From an uncultured Actinomycetes bacterium (GTDB lineage: Bacteria > Actinomycetota > Thermoleophilia > Gaiellales > Gaiellaceae), in contig CAWDJG010000007.1 in the NCBI GenBank assembly GCA_963802685.1, forward strand, positions 562,550 to 626,549: a stretch of DNA of 64,000 bases, in the 5' to 3' direction. The translations under genes and the position numbers were made by a program. The notes under the pieces were generated by a model that searched no databases, was not told the origin of the DNA, and was given only the letters and a program-made list of their open reading frames with translations. Shown piece after piece: positions 8,327 to 17,140 of the stretch (within the stretch, counting starts at the first letter, position 1; each line of letters opens with the position of its first letter).

Positions 8327-11077
8327 TTAGCTGCAGCCCGTGTTCGTGCCGCAGTCGCGGCACGTGTAGCACGAGCCCGTCCGCACCATGCGGCCGCCGC
8401 AGCGGGCGCACTCGACGGCGTCCTCCCACGAGTTGAAGAGGGCCGTCTGGCCGGGCGAGGGGGTCTCGCTCGGCTCGGCGGACGCGCCGCCTTCGCCGTT
8501 CTCGTAGCGCTGCGCGAGGCGCGCCTTCACCTCGGCGGAGAGGATGCCGGCCTCCTCCTGCTGGTCGGCGGTGAGGAACCGCTTGCCGAACCAGCGGAAG
8601 ATGTAGTCGACGATCGACTTCGCGGCACGGATGTCGGGGTCGTTCGTCATGCCGCTCGGCTCGAAGCGCATGTGCGAGAGCTTCGAGACGTACACCTCGG
8701 GCGGCACGCCGTACTGGAGGCCCATCGAGACCGCGAGGCAGAGCGAGTTCATCAGGCCGGCCATCGTCGTGCCGTCCTTCGCGATGTCGACGAAGATGTC
8801 GCCCGGGCTGCCGTCGTCGTAGAGGCCGACGTGGATGTAGCCCTCGTGGTCGCCGACCTGGAACTTGCGGCCGACCTCGGTGCGGTCGAGCGGGAGCCGC
8901 TTGCGCTCGTGCACGAGCACCGGCGGCGTCGCCGCGGTGGACTCCTTGCCCGAGCTCGAGAGCGGCTGCGCGACCTTGCAGTTGTCGCGGTAGATCGCGA
9001 TCGCCTTCACGCCGAGCTTCCACGCGTCGACGTAGAGGCTCATGACGTCCTCGACCGTCGCCGACTCGGGCAGGTTCACCGTCTTCGAGATCGCGCCGGA
9101 GATGAACGGCTGGACGGCGCCCATCATCTTCACGTGACCGAGATAGTGGATCGCCCGGTCGCCGACGGCGCAGTCGAACACCGGATAGTGGTCGGTCTTG
9201 ACGTACGGCGCGCCGACGACGGTGTTCCGCTCGTCGACGAACGCGACGATCTCGTCCACCTCGCGCGGCGCGTAGCCGAGCTTCTCGAGGCCGGCCTGCA
9301 CCGTCTTGTTCACGATGGTGATCTCGCCGCCGCCGACGAGCCGCTTCGACTTCACGAGCGAGAAGTCGGGCTCCACGCCGGTCGTGTCGCAGTCCATCAT
9401 GAAGCTGATCGTCCCGGTCGGCGCGAGCACGGTCGCCTGCGCGTTCCGGTATCCGCTCACCTCACCGAGGTTCAGCGCGTCGTCCCATGCCTTGCGGCAC
9501 GCCGTGAGCAGGTCGCTCGGGACGACGTCGGTGTTCTCGATGTTCCCGACGGCGGCGCGGTGCTTCGCGATGACGCCGATCATCGGTGCGCGGTTCACCT
9601 GGTAGCCGTCGAACGGCCCCATCCGCGACGCGATCTCGGCCGACTTGCGATACGCGCGCCCGGTCATGAGCGCGGTGATCGCGGCCGCATACGCGCGGCC
9701 CTCGTCGGAGTCGTACGGCAGGCCGCGCGCCATGAGGAGCGCGCCGAGGTTCGCGTAGCCGAGGCCGAGCTGGCGGAAGCGCTTCGCGTTCCGCTCGATC
9801 TCGGGCGTCGGATACGACGAGTAGCCGACGAGGATCTCCTGCGCGAGGAACACGACGTCGCACGCATGCTCGAACGCCTCGACGTCGAGCTCGCCGTCCT
9901 CGCGGCGGAACTTCATGAGGTTGAGCGACGCGAGGTTGCACGCCGAGTCGTCGATCGACATGTACTCCGAGCACGGGTTGGACGCGTTGATGCGGCCCGT
10001 GTTCGGGAGCGTGTGCCAGCTGTTGATCGTCGTGTCGTACTGGACGCCCGGGTCGGCGCATTCCCACGCTGCATGGGCGATCTGACGCAGCAGGTCGCGC
10101 GCCTCCACCGTCGTGAGCACGGCGCCGTCGGTGCGCGCGGTCAGGGTGAACTCGCGACCTTCGGTCGCCGCCTCCATGAACGCGTCGGTGACACGCACCG
10201 AGTTGTTCGCGTTCTGGTACTGGATCGACGCCCAATCGGGCGAGTCGAGCGACATGTCGTAGCCCGCCTGCTCGAGGACGCGCGCCTTGCGCTCCTCCTT
10301 GGCCTTGCACCAGACGAACTCCTCGATGTCGGGATGGTCGACGTCGAGGACGACCATCTTCGCGGCGCGCCGCGTCTTGCCGCCCGACTTGATCGTGCCG
10401 GCGGATGCGTCGGCGCCGCGCATGAACGACACCGGGCCGGACGCGTAGCCGCCCTTCGAGAGCTGCTCCTTCGAGGAGCGGAGCTTCGACAGGTTGACGC
10501 CGGAGCCGGAGCCGCCGCGGAAGATGACGCCCTCGCGGCGGATCCAGTCGAGGATCGACTCCATCGAGTCTTCGATCGAGAGGATGAAGCAGGCCGAGCA
10601 CTGCGGCTTCTCCTCGAAGCCGACGTTGAACCAGACCGGGCTGTTGAACGAGGCGTACTGGTTGACGAGGATCGCCTTCAGCTCGGCCTCGAACGTGTCG
10701 CGCTCCTCGTCGTCGGCGAAGTAGCCGCCCTGCGTGCCCCAGGCGACGGCGGTGTCGACGACGCGGCCGACCATCTGCTTGACGCTCGACTCGCGCTCGG
10801 GCGAGCTGAGCCGGCCGCGGAAGTACTTCTGGGCGACGATGTTCGTCGCCGTCTGCGACCAGAACTTCGGAAACTCGACGCCGCGCTGCTCGAACGCGGG
10901 GCCGTTGCGGCCCGGGATGAGGGCGTCGCGCGTCTCCCAGTCGATCTCGTCGAACGGATCCCGTCCGGGGATCGTGAAGAAGCGGCGTACCCCGAGGCGA
11001 GCTGCCTCGTCGCAGACGGTGTTGACCACCTCGCCGGTCGTCAGATCCGCCGTGTTGTGCTCCTCAACGCTCGCCAT
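8327..11077 (-). CDS. nrdJ: adenosylcobalamin-dependent ribonucleoside-diphosphate/triphosphate reductase (class II)
   Basis: 916 aa, intact. 'FWSQTATNIVAQKYFRG', 'NPCSEYM', and a C-terminal Cys cluster 'CARCGGRMVRTGSCYTCRDCG'. RBS GGAGGGG upstream of the ATG. Confidence 0.95.
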   Translation of the reverse strand: MASVEEHNTADLTTGEVVNTVCDEAARLGVRRFFTIPGRDPFDEIDWETRDALIPGRNGPAFEQRGVEFPKFWSQTATNIVAQKYFRGRLSSPERESSVKQMVGRVVDTAVAWGTQGGYFADDEERDTFEAELKAILVNQYASFNSPVWFNVGFEEKPQCSACFILSIEDSMESILDWIRREGVIFRGGSGSGVNLSKLRSSKEQLSKGGYASGPVSFMRGADASAGTIKSGGKTRRAAKMVVLDVDHPDIEEFVWCKAKEERKARVLEQAGYDMSLDSPDWASIQYQNANNSVRVTDAFMEAATEGREFTLTARTDGAVLTTVEARDLLRQIAHAAWECADPGVQYDTTINSWHTLPNTGRINASNPCSEYMSIDDSACNLASLNLMKFRREDGELDVEAFEHACDVVFLAQEILVGYSSYPTPEIERNAKRFRQLGLGYANLGALLMARGLPYDSDEGRAYAAAITALMTGRAYRKSAEIASRMGPFDGYQVNRAPMIGVIAKHRAAVGNIENTDVVPSDLLTACRKAWDDALNLGEVSGYRNAQATVLAPTGTISFMMDCDTTGVEPDFSLVKSKRLVGGGEITIVNKTVQAGLEKLGYAPREVDEIVAFVDERNTVVGAPYVKTDHYPVFDCAVGDRAIHYLGHVKMMGAVQPFISGAISKTVNLPESATVEDVMSLYVDAWKLGVKAIAIYRDNCKVAQPLSSSGKESTAATPPVLVHERKRLPLDRTEVGRKFQVGDHEGYIHVGLYDDGSPGDIFVDIAKDGTTMAGLMNSLCLAVSMGLQYGVPPEVYVSKLSHMRFEPSGMTNDPDIRAAKSIVDYIFRWFGKRFLTADQQEEAGILSAEVKARLAQRYENGEGGASAEPSETPSPGQTALFNSWEDAVECARCGGRMVRTGSCYTCRDCGTNTGCS

Positions 11078-11132
11078 TCCCGCCCCTCCAACTGTAGTGG
11101 CCGTGGGTGTCTCCGCCGAGCGGCCTGGAGGC

Positions 11133-11777
11133 TCAGCGGGGACCGGAGGTTAGGGCTCGGGTCGGACGGAGCTTCCGGCGCGCGCGGGGGCCGGAGGGCC
11201 GGGCACGCGCCGGGCCTGAAGGCGCCTCGTGACCCCAGGTCGCCGCCGCCGTCAGGAGCAGCAGGAGGCCGAGCCCGCCGAGGACGAGCAGGGGGAGCGG
11301 GATGGACTGCGCGTTCCCCGGACCGAGCTTGTCGGCGATCGACGTGATGATGCCCTTGCTGTGGCCGCCGCCGCTCGAGTTGCCGCCGCCGCCGCCACCG
11401 GTTCCCACGCCGCCGCCGCCGAGGCCGCTCGAGCCGCCGGAGCTGCCGCCGCCTCCGCCGCCGCTCTCCTCGTGCCGTGCGATGAGCAGGGCGCGCTGGA
11501 TGTCGTCGATCGCGCTCGAGTACTGCTTGATGTCCGGGTACGCGTTGAGGCGCTGGATCGCCTGCGTGTAGCAGGGGAGCGCGTAGAGATGCGTGACGGT
11601 GCCGTGCTGGAGCCAGTCGTTGACGACCTGCTCCCAGCACTTCGGCGTTGCCTGCGCGATCGCAGCCGGCGCGGCGGACGCCACCGGCGCACCTGCCGCG
11701 AGGAGCGCGCACGCGGACGCAGCCGCGACGAGCGCGAGCGTCGTCTTTCTTCTGATGATTCCGGTCGACATCCTCAT
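11133..11777 (-). CDS. secreted, C-terminally membrane-anchored protein with Gly-rich linker (hypothetical)
   Basis: Within ORF 11133-12254. The ATG at 11777 gives the signal peptide 'MRMSTGIIRRKTTLALVAAASACALLAAGAPVASA'. This is followed by a ~90-aa Cys-containing domain, a (G/S)n tract and the TM span 'LPLLVLGGLGLLLLL'. Confidence 0.6.
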   Translation of the reverse strand: MRMSTGIIRRKTTLALVAAASACALLAAGAPVASAAPAAIAQATPKCWEQVVNDWLQHGTVTHLYALPCYTQAIQRLNAYPDIKQYSSAIDDIQRALLIARHEESGGGGGGSSGGSSGLGGGGVGTGGGGGGNSSGGGHSKGIITSIADKLGPGNAQSIPLPLLVLGGLGLLLLLTAAATWGHEAPSGPARARPSGPRARRKLRPTRALTSGPR

Positions 11778-11908
11778 ACCCGTGCTCCGATCGCGGACGT
11801 TGCAAACGTCCGTCCGCTCACCCTCCTGGAAGTCTCCCCGACGGCAGTGTTCTCGCGGTAATGCCGTTGTAAACCGTTTGTGAACGGGCCGTCGACGGCG
11901 TTTTCGCA

Positions 11909-13853
11909 ATGCTAGCGTCAGCGCCGGTGCACGCTCACGGCGAACGTCGGGCCACCACCGGGACCGTCGTCGCCTGGGGCTCGGGTGCCCTCGCATTCGC
12001 CGCATTCTTCCTGGCGCAGGGGACGTCCCTCGGGCCGCTCGTCTGGATCGGCGGCTTCGCCGTCGCCCTTGCGGCCCTCGCCGGCGCCGCTGCGCTCGCC
12101 GGCCTCGTCCCCGTGCCGCGCCTCGACGGGCCTGCTGCGGCCTTCGTCGGCGCGCTCTTCGCGCTTGCCGTGTGGGTCGGGCTGACGACGATCTGGTCGG
12201 TGTCGCCGGAGAGCTCCTGGCAGTACACGAACCGGACGCTCGTCTATGCCGCATTTGCGCTGCTCGGCGTGCTCGCCGCCTCGTCGGTCACGCGTCCGTT
12301 CGAGCGGATCGCCGACGGCACCGCCGCGCTCCTCGCCGCGCTGTTCGTGTGGGCGCTCGTCGCGAAGTGCGTGCCGTCGATCTACTCCGACTACGGCCGG
12401 CTCGCGCGGCTGCGCGCGCCGCTCGACTACTGGAACGAGCTCGCGCTCCTCGCGGCCGTCGGCGTGCCCGTCGCGCTCCGGCTCGCCGCGCGCCGGTACG
12501 CCCTCGGCGCACTCCTTCTCTATCTGGCCGGGCTCACCGTGCTCCTCACGTACTCGCGCTTCGCGATCGTGCTCGCGTGTCTCGCCGCGGTCGCGTGGAT
12601 CGTGTTCGCCGGCGAGCGCGTCGAGAGCCTCGCCGCCGTCGCGCTCGCGGGCGCTGCTGCAGCCGGCGTCTTCGGCGTCGCGCTCGCGCTGCACGGGATC
12701 ACGAAGGACGGGCAGCCGCGCTCCGTGCGCGCCCACGACGGCTGGATCTTCGCGCTCGCCGTCGTCGCGGGCGCCGCCGTGGTGGCCGGTGCCGCCGTGC
12801 TCCTCGCGCGGCGGTGGCCGGTAACGGACGCAGTCCGCCGGCGCGTCGAGCGGGCGGCGGCGCTCGCCGGTGCCGTGGCCGGGCTCGGCGTCGCCGTCGC
12901 GGTCGTCGTCTTCGCCGGCCGGATCTGGCACGCGCTCGCGAATCCGGTCTCGAGCCAGATCGGCTCGGGCAGCGGTCACATCGCGAGCCTCAACTCGAGC
13001 AACCGCTGGCGCTGGTGGCAGGAGGCGTGGCACGCGTTCGTCCACCATCCGGGAGGCGGCACCGGCGGCGGCACGTTCCAGATCACCGACGCGCTGCTGC
13101 ACCGGAGCCCGCTGCGGACGACGGAGCCGCACAACGTCCCGCTCCAGTTCCTCAGTGAGACGGGCATCGTCGGGTTGCTCCTCCTCGTCGCCGCGGGGGT
13201 CGCGGCTGCGATCGGCATCACGCGCGCACGCGCGCGCGCGGGCGGGGCGGAGCGCGCCGCCGTCACGGCGCTTGCGCTCGGCGTCGCCGTCTTCGCCGTT
13301 CATCTCGTCGGCGACATGGACTGGGACTACGTCGGCACGTGCGGGCCGTTGCTCTTCGTCGCGGGCGCGCTCGTCGCTCGCGGTCGTCCGCCTGCGGACG
13401 CTGCGCCGGCACGGCGACGCCTCCTCGCGGTCGCGGCCGTTCTGTTCGCGTGCGGCGGGATCTACTCGCTCGCTGCGCCGTACGTCGCGCAGCGGCAGCT
13501 CCTGAACCCGACGCTCGCGTCGGCGAAGAGCGCGCACGGCGTCGATCCGCTGTCGACCGATGCGCTCCTCGACTGGGCCGTCGTTCGAGAAGCCGGTGCG
13601 CGCGGAGCAGCTGTATCTCGACGCCGCCGCGCTCGAGCCCGAGAACGCGAGCGTCTGGATGGACGTCGGCGACTTCTACTGGTACGTCGAGCGCAGCTGG
13701 ACGAAGGCGTACCTCGCGTACAGCGAGGCGTGGCAGCACGACAAGTACGGGCCTGCCGGAACGCCGTGCGGCCAGCTCGACCAGGCGCGGCACAAGGTGC
13801 TGGGTGTGTGGCCGCCTAGCTGCCCAGGAGGACGACCAGCCGCGACCCACTGA
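11909..13853 (+). pseudogene. Wzy_C / O-antigen-ligase-like polytopic membrane protein with C-terminal TPR-like tail, one frameshift (~13582)
   Basis: ORF 11909-13819 carries 'LLTYSRFAIVLACLAAVAW' and 'EPHNVPLQFLSETGIVG'. The conserved-looking tail 'AEQLYLDAAALEPENASVWMDVGDFYWY...' is in ORF 13560-13853. Confidence 0.7.
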
Positions 13854-14361
13854 GCGCGGCAGGCGTGAGCCCGTCGACGGGCGCGACGAGCCGGATGTGC
13901 GAATCGCGCGCGAGCCGGCGCGCTTCCTTCAGGTAGCCGGGCACGTACATCACCATCGACTGCGCGTAGTGATGGCTCGGCGCGTTCGCCGCGCCGCCGA
14001 CCGGATAGCCGGCAGCCTGCAGCCGCGCCGCTTCCGCGTGCGCCGCTCCCTGCACGCCGTTCGCGTTGAGGACGAGGACGCGCACCTTCGAGCGCGCCCG
14101 CAGCGCGTGCGACGGGAGCGGGGCGAACATGTCCTTCGCCGGGACCGGCACGGCGTGGCGCGCCGGCGCCGTCTTCGTGTGGTGCACGACGGGCGCCGCT
14201 GCGGTGGTCGTCGTCTTCGCGGTGTGGTGGCGGAACGGATGCGCGAGCACGAACGCGCCGACTGCGACCAGCCCGACGAGCTCGACCGTCGCGACGGCGG
14301 TGGCGACGAGCGTCGCCGTCCGCCACGGGAAGGATTGGGAGAGATGCTCCGCACGGTCCAC
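13816..14361 (-). CDS. LytR_C-domain membrane protein
   Basis: C-terminal part of ORF 13816-14988. GTG at 14361. One TM span, then 'VRVLVLNANGVQGAAHAEAARLQAAGY...VMYVPGY'. Confidence 0.65.
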   Translation of the reverse strand: MDRAEHLSQSFPWRTATLVATAVATVELVGLVAVGAFVLAHPFRHHTAKTTTTAAAPVVHHTKTAPARHAVPVPAKDMFAPLPSHALRARSKVRVLVLNANGVQGAAHAEAARLQAAGYPVGGAANAPSHHYAQSMVMYVPGYLKEARRLARDSHIRLVAPVDGLTPAALSGSRLVVLLGS

Positions 14362-14398
14362 GGCTCGATCCGTTTCGCCGGTGCGGCGGCCGATCCTC

Positions 14399-15298
14399 CT
14401 AGGAAGTGATCCACTCCCACGTCGCCGAGAGTCCCTCGGCGAGCGAGTGCTCCGGCCGCCAGCCGAGCTCCGACGCGGCGAGGGACGGGTCGAGGACGCT
14501 CCGCTGGAGCTCGCCGAGACGCGCCGGCGCGAACGCGGCGTCGCGCTCGACGCCGCTCGCGGCGCGGATCGCCGCGAACAGACCGACGACCGACGTCTCG
14601 ACCCCGGTGCCGACGTTGTAGACGCCGCCGCGTCGCTCGAGAGCGAGCAGCATCGCGCGCGCGACGTCGACGACGAAGACGTAGTCGCGCGTCTGCGTTC
14701 CGTCGCCGAAGATCGTCGGCGTCCCGCCGCCGTGCAGCAGGCCCATGAAGATGGCGACGACGCCGGCCTCGCCGTGGGGCATCTGCCGCGGTCCGTAGAC
14801 GTTGCCGAGCCGGAGCGACACGTGACGCGTGCCGTACAGGCGGTTCCACGTCGCGAGGTACTCCTCGCCGCAGACCTTCGACGCCCCGTACGGCGCGAGT
14901 GGCCGCAGCGGCGCGGACTCGGGCGCCGGCCCGTCGCACTCGCCGTAGCCGGCCCCGCCCGACGACGCGAAGACGACCTGCGCGTCATGCCGGCGCGCCG
15001 CCTCGAGGATGCGGATCGTCCCGAGCACGTTCACGTCCGCATCCGTGTCCGGGTGCTCCACCGACACGCGGACGTCGGCCTGCGCGGCGAGATGGAACAC
15101 CGCGTCGGGCCGGACGGCGTCGAAGACCTCGTCGGGCTGCCGGATGTCGGCCACGTGCAGCTCGGCGGGCGCGGGCACGTTCTCGCGCCGTCCCTTCGAC
15201 AGATCGTCGAGGGCGTGCACCTCGTCGCCACGGGCGAGCAGCGCCTCGACGACGTGCGAGCCGATGAAGCCCGCGCCTCCGGTCACGATCGCCCGCAC
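14399..15298 (-). CDS. NAD-dependent epimerase/dehydratase (UDP-glucose 4-epimerase-like)
   Basis: 'MRAIVTGGAGFIGSH', 'YGASK' catalytic dyad context. 299 aa, intact. Confidence 0.9.
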   Translation of the reverse strand: MRAIVTGGAGFIGSHVVEALLARGDEVHALDDLSKGRRENVPAPAELHVADIRQPDEVFDAVRPDAVFHLAAQADVRVSVEHPDTDADVNVLGTIRILEAARRHDAQVVFASSGGAGYGECDGPAPESAPLRPLAPYGASKVCGEEYLATWNRLYGTRHVSLRLGNVYGPRQMPHGEAGVVAIFMGLLHGGGTPTIFGDGTQTRDYVFVVDVARAMLLALERRGGVYNVGTGVETSVVGLFAAIRAASGVERDAAFAPARLGELQRSVLDPSLAASELGWRPEHSLAEGLSATWEWITS

Positions 15299-15318
15299 TC
15301 GCCTATCGTAGGCGGCGC

Positions 15319-15912
15319 ATGTTCGTGACCTTTGAAGGAGTCGACGGCTCCGGCAAGTCGACGCAGGCGGAGCTGCTCCGCGACGCGCTCGTCGCCGAGG
15401 GTCGCGAGGCGATCCTCACGCGCGAGCCGGGCGGGACCGAGCTCGGCGAGCGTGCGCGCGAGCTCGTCCTCAACGGGCCGACGATGACGCCGTGGGCGGA
15501 GGCCGCGCTCTTCGCGGCGGCGCGCGCGGAGCTCGTCGCGCGGATCATCCTGCCGGCGCTCGAGCGCGGCGCCGACGTCATCTCCGACCGCTACGTCGAC
15601 TCGTCGCTCGCGTACCAGGGCATCGCCCGCGGCATCGGCATCGAGCACGTGTTCGAGCTCAACTTCCACGTCGTGCAGGGGCTCATGCCGGACCTCACCG
15701 TCCTCCTGCTCCTCGATCCGGACGAGGCGGCGCGGCGCTCCGGCGCGACCGACCGGCTCGAGCGCGAGGGGGAGGAGTTCCGCACCCGCGTCGACGAGGC
15801 GTACCGCGAGCTCGCCGTGCTCTTCCCCGAGCGCATCGTCGCCTTCGACGGCTCGCTCCCGCCCACCGAGCTCTCCGCTCTCGTCCGTGAAGCGCTTCGA
15901 AGCCGTATCTGA
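15319..15912 (+). CDS. tmk: dTMP kinase
   Basis: 'MFVTFEGVDGSGKSTQ', 'REPGGT', 'DRYVDSSLAYQG'. Confidence 0.95.
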   Translation: MFVTFEGVDGSGKSTQAELLRDALVAEGREAILTREPGGTELGERARELVLNGPTMTPWAEAALFAAARAELVARIILPALERGADVISDRYVDSSLAYQGIARGIGIEHVFELNFHVVQGLMPDLTVLLLLDPDEAARRSGATDRLEREGEEFRTRVDEAYRELAVLFPERIVAFDGSLPPTELSALVREALRSRI

Positions 15913-17038
15913 GCAGGTGGAGGCGAAGCGCCTCCTCGCCGCCGCGCTCGTCCAAGCCGCCGACTCGTCGGCGGCGCTCGAAGGCGTCGCGGGCTCCGCC
16001 CGCGGCGCCGCTTCTGCTTCGCCGGCGCATGCGTACCTCATGCACGGGCCGTCGGGCGTGGGCAAGCGCGACCTCGCGCTGCTCTTCGCTGCGGAGCTGC
16101 TCGGCGACCACGCTCGTGTCGAGCGGCGGTCGCACCCCGACCTCTACGTCCTCGAGCCGCTCGGCGACCAGATCCGCATCGACGACATCCGCGAGCTGCG
16201 GCACGACCTGCACATGCGCCCGTTCGAGGCGTCCCGCCGCGTGTATCTCATCTTCGGGGCGGACACGATGAACGAGGATGCCGCCGACGCGCTGCTCAAG
16301 GATCTCGAGGAGCCGCCGTCGTACGCGGTCATCGTCCTCGTCGCCGACGACCTCGGCCCGCTGCCGGAGACGATCCTCTCCCGCTGCCAGCTCGTGCCGC
16401 TGCGCCGCCTCTCCGAGGCTGCGGTGCGCGACGCGGTGCGCGCGCGGGCTCCCGACCTGCCCGACGAGGAGGTCACGACCGTCGCGCGCGTCGCGGGCGG
16501 ACGGCTCGACCGCGCCGAGCGCCTCCTCGATCCTGCCGCGCAGCACCGCCGCGAGGACCTCCTCGGCATCGCGCGCGCGCTCTACCTCGATCCGGAGTTC
16601 GACACCGCGACCGGAGCGGAGACGATCCTCGCGGGCATCGACGAGCGCGGCGCCGAGGCGCGCGCGAAAGCAGAGGAGACGGTCGCCGTGCTCGAGCTCA
16701 CCGGCCGCGAGGCCGAGCAGCGCCTCCGCCGCGCACAGCGCGGAGCGGAGCGGGACGAGCTGCTTGCCGTGCTCGAGGAGCTCGAATGGTGGTACCGGGA
16801 TCTCGTCGTCGCCGCCGCCGGCGCCGAGTCGGCCGTCGTCCACGTCGACCGGCTCGCCGAGCTCGGCGCCGACGCGACCCGCGAGCGGATGGCGGCCGCG
16901 GAGCGCGCGTGCGAGATCGTCCGCGAGGCCTGGCGCCAGGCCGAGGAGCTCCAGGTCTCGATGCCGCTCGCGGTCGAGGCCGTGCTCATCCGCCTCCGGC
17001 GGGAGTTCGCCGGTCTCGGCGCCCGCGCGGCTTTCTGA
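15887..17038 (+). CDS. holB: DNA polymerase III delta-prime subunit
   Basis: Overlaps the tmk end. 'HAYLMHGPSGVGK', 'SRCQLVPLRRL'. Confidence 0.85.
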   Translation: MKRFEAVSEQVEAKRLLAAALVQAADSSAALEGVAGSARGAASASPAHAYLMHGPSGVGKRDLALLFAAELLGDHARVERRSHPDLYVLEPLGDQIRIDDIRELRHDLHMRPFEASRRVYLIFGADTMNEDAADALLKDLEEPPSYAVIVLVADDLGPLPETILSRCQLVPLRRLSEAAVRDAVRARAPDLPDEEVTTVARVAGGRLDRAERLLDPAAQHRREDLLGIARALYLDPEFDTATGAETILAGIDERGAEARAKAEETVAVLELTGREAEQRLRRAQRGAERDELLAVLEELEWWYRDLVVAAAGAESAVVHVDRLAELGADATRERMAAAERACEIVREAWRQAEELQVSMPLAVEAVLIRLRREFAGLGARAAF

Positions 17039-17140
17039 AGAATCACTCTTTCGGGGTTGCCTTAACCCCCATTCGAGGGGAAAATCCGACCTCCGGCGGG
17101 CTCGGGCGGGGCCGCCGACGTTGTCCCGTAGGGGGTAAGG

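Noticed and set aside
11078-11132. Possible NrdR box or cobalamin riboswitch upstream of nrdJ (CCACTACAGTTGG).
   Set aside because: Only the outer 3 bp of the candidate are palindromic, and it overlaps the RBS. The 55-nt spacer is far too short for a B12 riboswitch.
8315-11347. 1010-aa ORF on the plus strand, antisense to nrdJ. Similar giant ORFs include 483-1892(+), 2682-4112(-), 27063-27968(+ N-terminal part), 55871-57937(-) and 58718-61975(+).
   Set aside because: They have Arg/Ala/Gly/Pro-dominated composition and no recognisable domains. Each overlaps a confidently assigned gene in another frame or on the other strand. This is the typical stop-poor artefact of ~70% GC DNA.
17053-17069. 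Hairpin GGGGTT-gcctt-AACCCC after holB as a terminator.
   Set aside because: The stem is only 6 bp and there is no U-tract. It is too weak to call.
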